Shown here in pieces: positions 59,691-64,000 of a stretch of 64,000 nucleotides of DNA. The stretch is taken from the IMG/VR virus record IMGVR_UViG_3300014205_000180, positions 64,001 through 128,000 of that record; one strand, 5' to 3'. Below the pieces are notes generated by a model, which worked only from the letters and a program-made list of their open reading frames with translations, ran no database searches and was not told the origin of the DNA. The translations under genes and the position numbers were made by a program. Each line of letters starts with the position of its first letter. Position 1 is the stretch's first letter. This DNA comes from a virus (Duplodnaviria; Caudoviricetes).

Positions 59691-60644
59691 TTATGGCAGA
59701 GTAGATTCCGACGATAGGGTAGATTCTGACGATAGGGTAGATTCTGAAGATTCCGACGATGGGGTTGATTCTGAAGATGTTGATTCAGTAGATGCTGATG
59801 ACGGTGATGAATCAGTAGATGCTGTCGATAACGATTCAGTAGATGCTGATGACGGTGATGAATCAGTAGATGCTGTCGATAACGATTCAGTAGATGCTGA
59901 TGATGGTGATGAATCAGTAGATGCTGTCGATAACGATTCAGTAGATGCTGATGATGGTGATGAATCAGTAGACGCTGTTGATACCGATTCAGTAGACGCT
60001 GATGATGGTGATGAATCAGTAGACGCTGTTGATATCGATTCAGTTGATTGTGATGATGGAGATGAATCAGTAGATGCTGTCGATAGCGATTCAGTAGACG
60101 CTGATGATGGTGATGAATCAGTAGATGCTGTCGATAGCGATTCAGTAGACGCTGATGATGGTGATGAATCAGTAGATGCTGTCGATTGTGATGAATTAGA
60201 TACCGATTCAGTTGAATCAGATGTTACCTCAGAAATAATAGATGAATCAGATGTTACCTCAGAAATAATAGATGAATCAGATGTTACTTCAGAAATAATA
60301 GATGAATCAGATGTTACCTCAGAAATAATTGACGAATCAGATGATAATCCTGATACATCAGATACCTCAGATGTCTCTGATGTTAATTCAGAGATAATAT
60401 CTTCTGATTCATCAAGCAGTGCTGATGAAATAGCTCCTAAATTAGGATTATCACTAGTATTAGCTATCTTTAGGTAAAATCTTATAAACTCTTCATTTTT
60501 AACTTTAATGATATTTCTATTTATGCCTAAAATAGCACATACATCACTAATTTTCATCTTAGTGGTGTTAGATAATATGGCCTTATTATCAATCACTCTT
60601 AAAGTTATTATATCATATGTAGGCGTTTTAATTCTTATAAACAT
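59691..60644 (-). CDS. Ser/Thr-rich repeat protein, paralogue of 1-5119
   Basis: Shared N-terminal domain; SSIISEVTSD and STESLSTASTDSSPSSA repeats. Confidence 0.9.
   Translation of the reverse strand: MFIRIKTPTYDIITLRVIDNKAILSNTTKMKISDVCAILGINRNIIKVKNEEFIRFYLKIANTSDNPNLGAISSALLDESEDIISELTSETSEVSDVSGLSSDSSIISEVTSDSSIISEVTSDSSIISEVTSDSSIISEVTSDSTESVSNSSQSTASTDSSPSSASTESLSTASTDSSPSSASTESLSTASTDSSPSSQSTESISTASTDSSPSSASTESVSTASTDSSPSSASTESLSTASTDSSPSSASTESLSTASTDSSPSSASTESLSTASTDSSPSSASTESTSSESTPSSESSESTLSSESTLSSESTLP
59782..60190. repeat. 51-bp coding tandem repeat (~8 copies)
   Basis: gattcagtagatgctgatgayggtgatgaatcagtagatgctgtcgataac; flanked by a 30-bp repeat (~4 copies, 60211-60340). Confidence 0.92.
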
Positions 60645-60705
60645 ACAGTATATTTGAGTTTAAAAAAATAATGTTTGTTCATAAAAATATCAAAATTAAA
60701 CGAAT

Positions 60706-61314
60706 TTATTTAATATTATATTTATATATAACTGATCCAACATTGTTCTTGAATTTGCTATCGCTGTTCATATTGACAACTATTTCGCCACCTTCAACGA
60801 CAGTAATAGACCATGGACTTGCTGATGTATTTGTGCCTATCCTACCAATTTCAACATTTTTACCATCCTTGCGAATACATACACTAGGAGTCGGACAGTT
60901 TAAATCAGCATTATTTTCCTTAACATCTGGATTCTTTTCCTTAGATGGTGGATATGCAGTCCAACCACCAGACACGTATTGAAAAGATAATACCGATCCT
61001 GCTTTCACTACTCCAATTGAAACATCAGTTGAATCTTTACCATTTGTACTATTAATAGTAATAGAGGTCCAATCAGTAATAACTGGAACAGTCCATCCAG
61101 TTGTAGTATTGCCATTGTTTCCATTATTACCATTGTTTCCATTACTGCCATCGCCATTACCATTATTACCAGCATTGCCAGTATTTCCTGTACTTCCAGT
61201 TACTCCATCACCATTATTTCCCTTACCATTATTACCAGTAGTCCCATTGCCATTTGAATCGGCTGAACTGATAATTGAAGCGATTAACAATAGTATTACT
61301 GGAATATGTAACAT
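60706..61314 (-). CDS. Secreted protein, Gly/Asn linker plus LecA/PA-IL-like beta domain
   Basis: Signal peptide; GNN repeats; VSGGW...IGRIG...GEIVVNMNSD...NNVGSV. Confidence 0.65.
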   Translation of the reverse strand: MLHIPVILLLIASIISSADSNGNGTTGNNGKGNNGDGVTGSTGNTGNAGNNGNGDGSNGNNGNNGNNGNTTTGWTVPVITDWTSITINSTNGKDSTDVSIGVVKAGSVLSFQYVSGGWTAYPPSKEKNPDVKENNADLNCPTPSVCIRKDGKNVEIGRIGTNTSASPWSITVVEGGEIVVNMNSDSKFKNNVGSVIYKYNIK

Positions 61315-61366
61315 GATATATCTCCATTATTTTATAACATGTTCAATAAGTTTATTAATATAAACA

Positions 61367-61397
61367 GTTTAGCCGTGGCTATTAACCACGGCTAAAC
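61367..61397 (-). terminator. Intrinsic terminator after the cold-shock gene
   Basis: 12-bp stem gtttagccgtgg/ccacggctaaac followed by TGTTT on the minus strand. Confidence 0.85.
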
Positions 61398-61415
61398 GAT
61401 CACACGCGAGGGGAT

Positions 61416-61865
61416 TTAGCGGGCTGAGATAGCAGTGTAGATTTCCTGGATATCGCCAGCAGAAAGAACCACATCACCTTCAACATCCCTAGCAAGGATT
61501 TCGACCAGTTTCTTAAACTGGCATTCAAGACGTTCAACACGTACCAGTGCACGCTGACCAGCATCGACAAGTGGTGTCCTGGGACCCTGACTACCACCTG
61601 CACTCCCGCCAGTATACGGCTCACGCTTGCTCAGAAGCTTGACGTGACGAGCCTTAAGCTCATTGCTTGCAGTGATTTCCAATTCCAACTCAACCTCTTC
61701 ACCAACATTGAGCGATCGGAACCCCTCAATATCAATGTCGGATTGGTGGACGAACACGTCATCATCTTCGCTTGATTCACCAGTGATCTGGATGAATCCA
61801 TACCCACGCTTCGGATTGAAGCGCTTGACTGTTCCACGGACGACATCGCCATTCACGAGAGACAT
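61416..61865 (-). CDS. Cold-shock domain protein with C-terminal extension
   Basis: GTVKRFNPKRGYGFI (RNP1), DVFVHQSDI (RNP2); GGAGG SD. Confidence 0.93.
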   Translation of the reverse strand: MSLVNGDVVRGTVKRFNPKRGYGFIQITGESSEDDDVFVHQSDIDIEGFRSLNVGEEVELELEITASNELKARHVKLLSKREPYTGGSAGGSQGPRTPLVDAGQRALVRVERLECQFKKLVEILARDVEGDVVLSAGDIQEIYTAISAR

Positions 61866-61954
61866 TTTTACCTCCTGGGTGTTATAGTCTCTATTATTGC
61901 ATCAGCGAAGTGCTGATACTAATTTGTAACAAGAATCCTCTGTTAGTTAATATA

Positions 61955-62194
61955 TTATTTTGGATCAGCTTCAGCCGCACCTTCAATTGGCGCAGTTGAC
62001 TTATTAAAATTAACTATCATACTATTAACAGTATTGCTAATATTTGTATATGCATCGGTTCTGTCCTTCGGCATCACTCTATCAAGAGCATTCTTTAAGA
62101 CAAGAATTTCATTCTTGTTTAAAAATTGAAGATTAAATAATGGTACTTTCGACTTATTATCGAGTTCGATGATATGGACATGACCATGTGCCAT
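61955..62194 (-). CDS. Hypothetical protein
   Basis: GGAG SD. Confidence 0.7.
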   Translation of the reverse strand: MAHGHVHIIELDNKSKVPLFNLQFLNKNEILVLKNALDRVMPKDRTDAYTNISNTVNSMIVNFNKSTAPIEGAAEADPK

Positions 62195-62208
62195 GATTTT
62201 CTCCTATC

Positions 62209-62493
62209 TTAGGTACTTATTCTATCTGACTTTGCATCAATGAATCTAATTTCACCACCCAATCTAATACCTTTATCTTTAGCCAATCTCATAAATCTAT
62301 TATATGTTAACACATCATATCCATATTTGCTAACTGTCTTAGTATTTCTTAATTCTTCCGCTACAGGAGAAGAATCATTTGATTTTTTGTTATTAACTTT
62401 ATAATCTATAATCATGGTCAATAATTTTATAAGATCACATTCATTATGATCATCTGGAAGTTTAAAATATAAATCAATGTGAGCTATTTTCAT
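62209..62493 (-). CDS. Hypothetical protein
   Basis: Coupled ORF. Confidence 0.7.
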   Translation of the reverse strand: MKIAHIDLYFKLPDDHNECDLIKLLTMIIDYKVNNKKSNDSSPVAEELRNTKTVSKYGYDVLTYNRFMRLAKDKGIRLGGEIRFIDAKSDRIST

Positions 62494-62849
62494 TAAATTT
62501 TAATAATTGCATCTAATCTTGGTTTAACACGTTTACGAACACCATCTAATTGAGAGCTAGTAAATTTAATAATAGCATTAGCAGTCAATTGCTTTGTCAA
62601 TTTACCCATACTACCGCCTTTAGCAATGATATTATCATCTATAAATTTATAGACTGCTGCATGAACATCGCGACCACCAACATCAAGTCTAATAAAACTC
62701 TTAATATTCTTAGCGTCATCTTTGATCTTTTTTATTTGAGAGAAACGAGTTATTACTGCTGTCATAGTCATAGACTTACAAAAATCAGGCGCTCTTACCT
62801 TCGTCTTCTCCAGTTTGTGGTGACGGGCTGGATTGTTGATCTTTTTCAT
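62493..62849 (-). CDS. Basic hypothetical protein
   Basis: AGGA SD. Confidence 0.7.
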   Translation of the reverse strand: MKKINNPARHHKLEKTKVRAPDFCKSMTMTAVITRFSQIKKIKDDAKNIKSFIRLDVGGRDVHAAVYKFIDDNIIAKGGSMGKLTKQLTANAIIKFTSSQLDGVRKRVKPRLDAIIKI

Positions 62850-63243
62850 ATATTAATCCTTTTGTAGCATCATAAACATCGGTGTAAATTTCTCTAATTT
62901 TAGTTACTGGAAGGCCATGTTTTTTAGATATCTCTTCAAGAGCCTTCTCAATATTTATAGATTTTTCTTTGATATTGTCAGTTATTTTTTGAATACTATT
63001 ATTGAATAATTCAAATGCTTTTTTAGCTGCCGGATCTTCTGTTAATTCTATTGATGATTCAGGTACAGGACCATTACCTAATGGCGTTCCATCCTCATCT
63101 AAAATAATGATTATCCAATTTTTCACCCCAGCAATATAAGATTCAGAATCTTCAATAAATCCGAACTTACCAACTAATTCACTTGGTGCACCATTAATTG
63201 GACGGACAACTTTGATAAGGCTATTAATTTCAAATTTTGACAT
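62785..63243 (-). CDS. Hypothetical protein
   Basis: AGGA SD. Confidence 0.7.
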   Translation of the reverse strand: MSKFEINSLIKVVRPINGAPSELVGKFGFIEDSESYIAGVKNWIIIILDEDGTPLGNGPVPESSIELTEDPAAKKAFELFNNSIQKITDNIKEKSINIEKALEEISKKHGLPVTKIREIYTDVYDATKGLIYEKDQQSSPSPQTGEDEGKSA

Positions 63244-63994
63244 GTGTTATTCCTGTGGCTTCTGAGCCGATTGAGTTAATGAGGACCAAGAATGCAACTC
63301 TGGCCACTAATCCACTTTCAATATGAACTTTATTAAGACGATTTAATTCTCTATAAACTTCTTCTCTATCTTCATTTATCTTATATCCATAATTATTTAA
63401 CATTTCATTAATCTTAAATAAAATATGCTCTGGCAAGCCAGATTTTGATTGTGAAATAGTTGAACTATTAGAATAGAATTTATTAGCCCATTCTTCTATT
63501 TCTTCATCTTTTAATTTAGCTGATTCTAAATCACCGTCATAAACTGTTTCTTCGCCAATAACTTTAGTTTTTTCGTGAAATAAAAGATGACCAGACTTGT
63601 TTTTAAATATTTTAATATCACCAGAGATTGCTTCTTTACCAATAACAAGCGCATAATTCATTCTCAAACATAAAAGATTAAATAAATCTTTATCCAATTT
63701 CAAACTATTGTTTAATAATTCTAAATATAAATCTTTGTGCGGTAATTTTCTAATCCAATCGCCAAGATGTTGATCTATAAAAGATTCAGGATTTCCACCT
63801 AATTCAAATGACCACCTATTAAGATGAACACGATAATAAACAGATAACATGAATTTCGGATAAAGTACAAAATATCTTCCACCAAGTTTATCAGCTTCCT
63901 CTTCCAATTCTTCAAAAAAAGTCTTTTTAACAGGCGGCGATTGTTGCTGCGGTAAACTAGGCTGCAGGTCAGATAATAGATCGTAATCTGACAT
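63230..63994 (-). CDS. Hypothetical protein
   Basis: 254-aa ORF. Confidence 0.7.
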   Translation of the reverse strand: MSDYDLLSDLQPSLPQQQSPPVKKTFFEELEEEADKLGGRYFVLYPKFMLSVYYRVHLNRWSFELGGNPESFIDQHLGDWIRKLPHKDLYLELLNNSLKLDKDLFNLLCLRMNYALVIGKEAISGDIKIFKNKSGHLLFHEKTKVIGEETVYDGDLESAKLKDEEIEEWANKFYSNSSTISQSKSGLPEHILFKINEMLNNYGYKINEDREEVYRELNRLNKVHIESGLVARVAFLVLINSIGSEATGITHVKI

Positions 63995-64000
63995 ATTAAC

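Noticed and set aside
59782-60340. Regular repeats as a CRISPR array
   Set aside because: Head-to-tail units in multiples of 3 with no unique spacers; they are coding repeats.
8715-62867. Numerous short nested or antisense ORFs in the track (e.g. 9331-9762, 16631-16984, 21153-21584, 51014-51550, 59183-59704, 61400-61887)
   Set aside because: They lie wholly or mostly within better-supported genes and have no motifs or start signals.

Overview
This is a 64-kb, AT-rich, mostly minus-strand segment of a large myovirus-like (jumbo-type) phage genome. It has a contractile-tail module (hub, tube, gp53-like wedge, tape measure), tail-fibre/baseplate proteins and auxiliary genes (RarA, dUTPase, sigma factor, minimal ligase, MoxR AAA-VWA pair, adenosine deaminase, cold-shock protein, three free-standing LAGLIDADG endonucleases). 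The main candidate system is phage-encoded protein glycosylation. The window encodes GDP-mannose 4,6-dehydratase, a perosamine-synthase-like aminotransferase, a sugar acetyltransferase, a Maf/DUF115-like transferase and five glycosyltransferases. It also encodes three mucin-like Ser/Thr-repeat proteins: a >1700-aa ORF missed by the ORF track because it runs off the left edge, a baseplate-wedge protein tipped with two 7-repeat RCC1 blocks, and a short paralogue sharing an unrecognised N-terminal domain with the first. Two recurrent upstream motifs are visible: YAAAWWTA, usually 4 nt before ATG (putative leaderless late class), and TGTTAYAAAWWAR (putative early class). GC-rich genes point to a high-GC host, possibly PVC superphylum. 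All family calls come from reading motifs by eye; no database searches were run. No tRNA, rRNA, CRISPR array or reverse transcriptase was seen.
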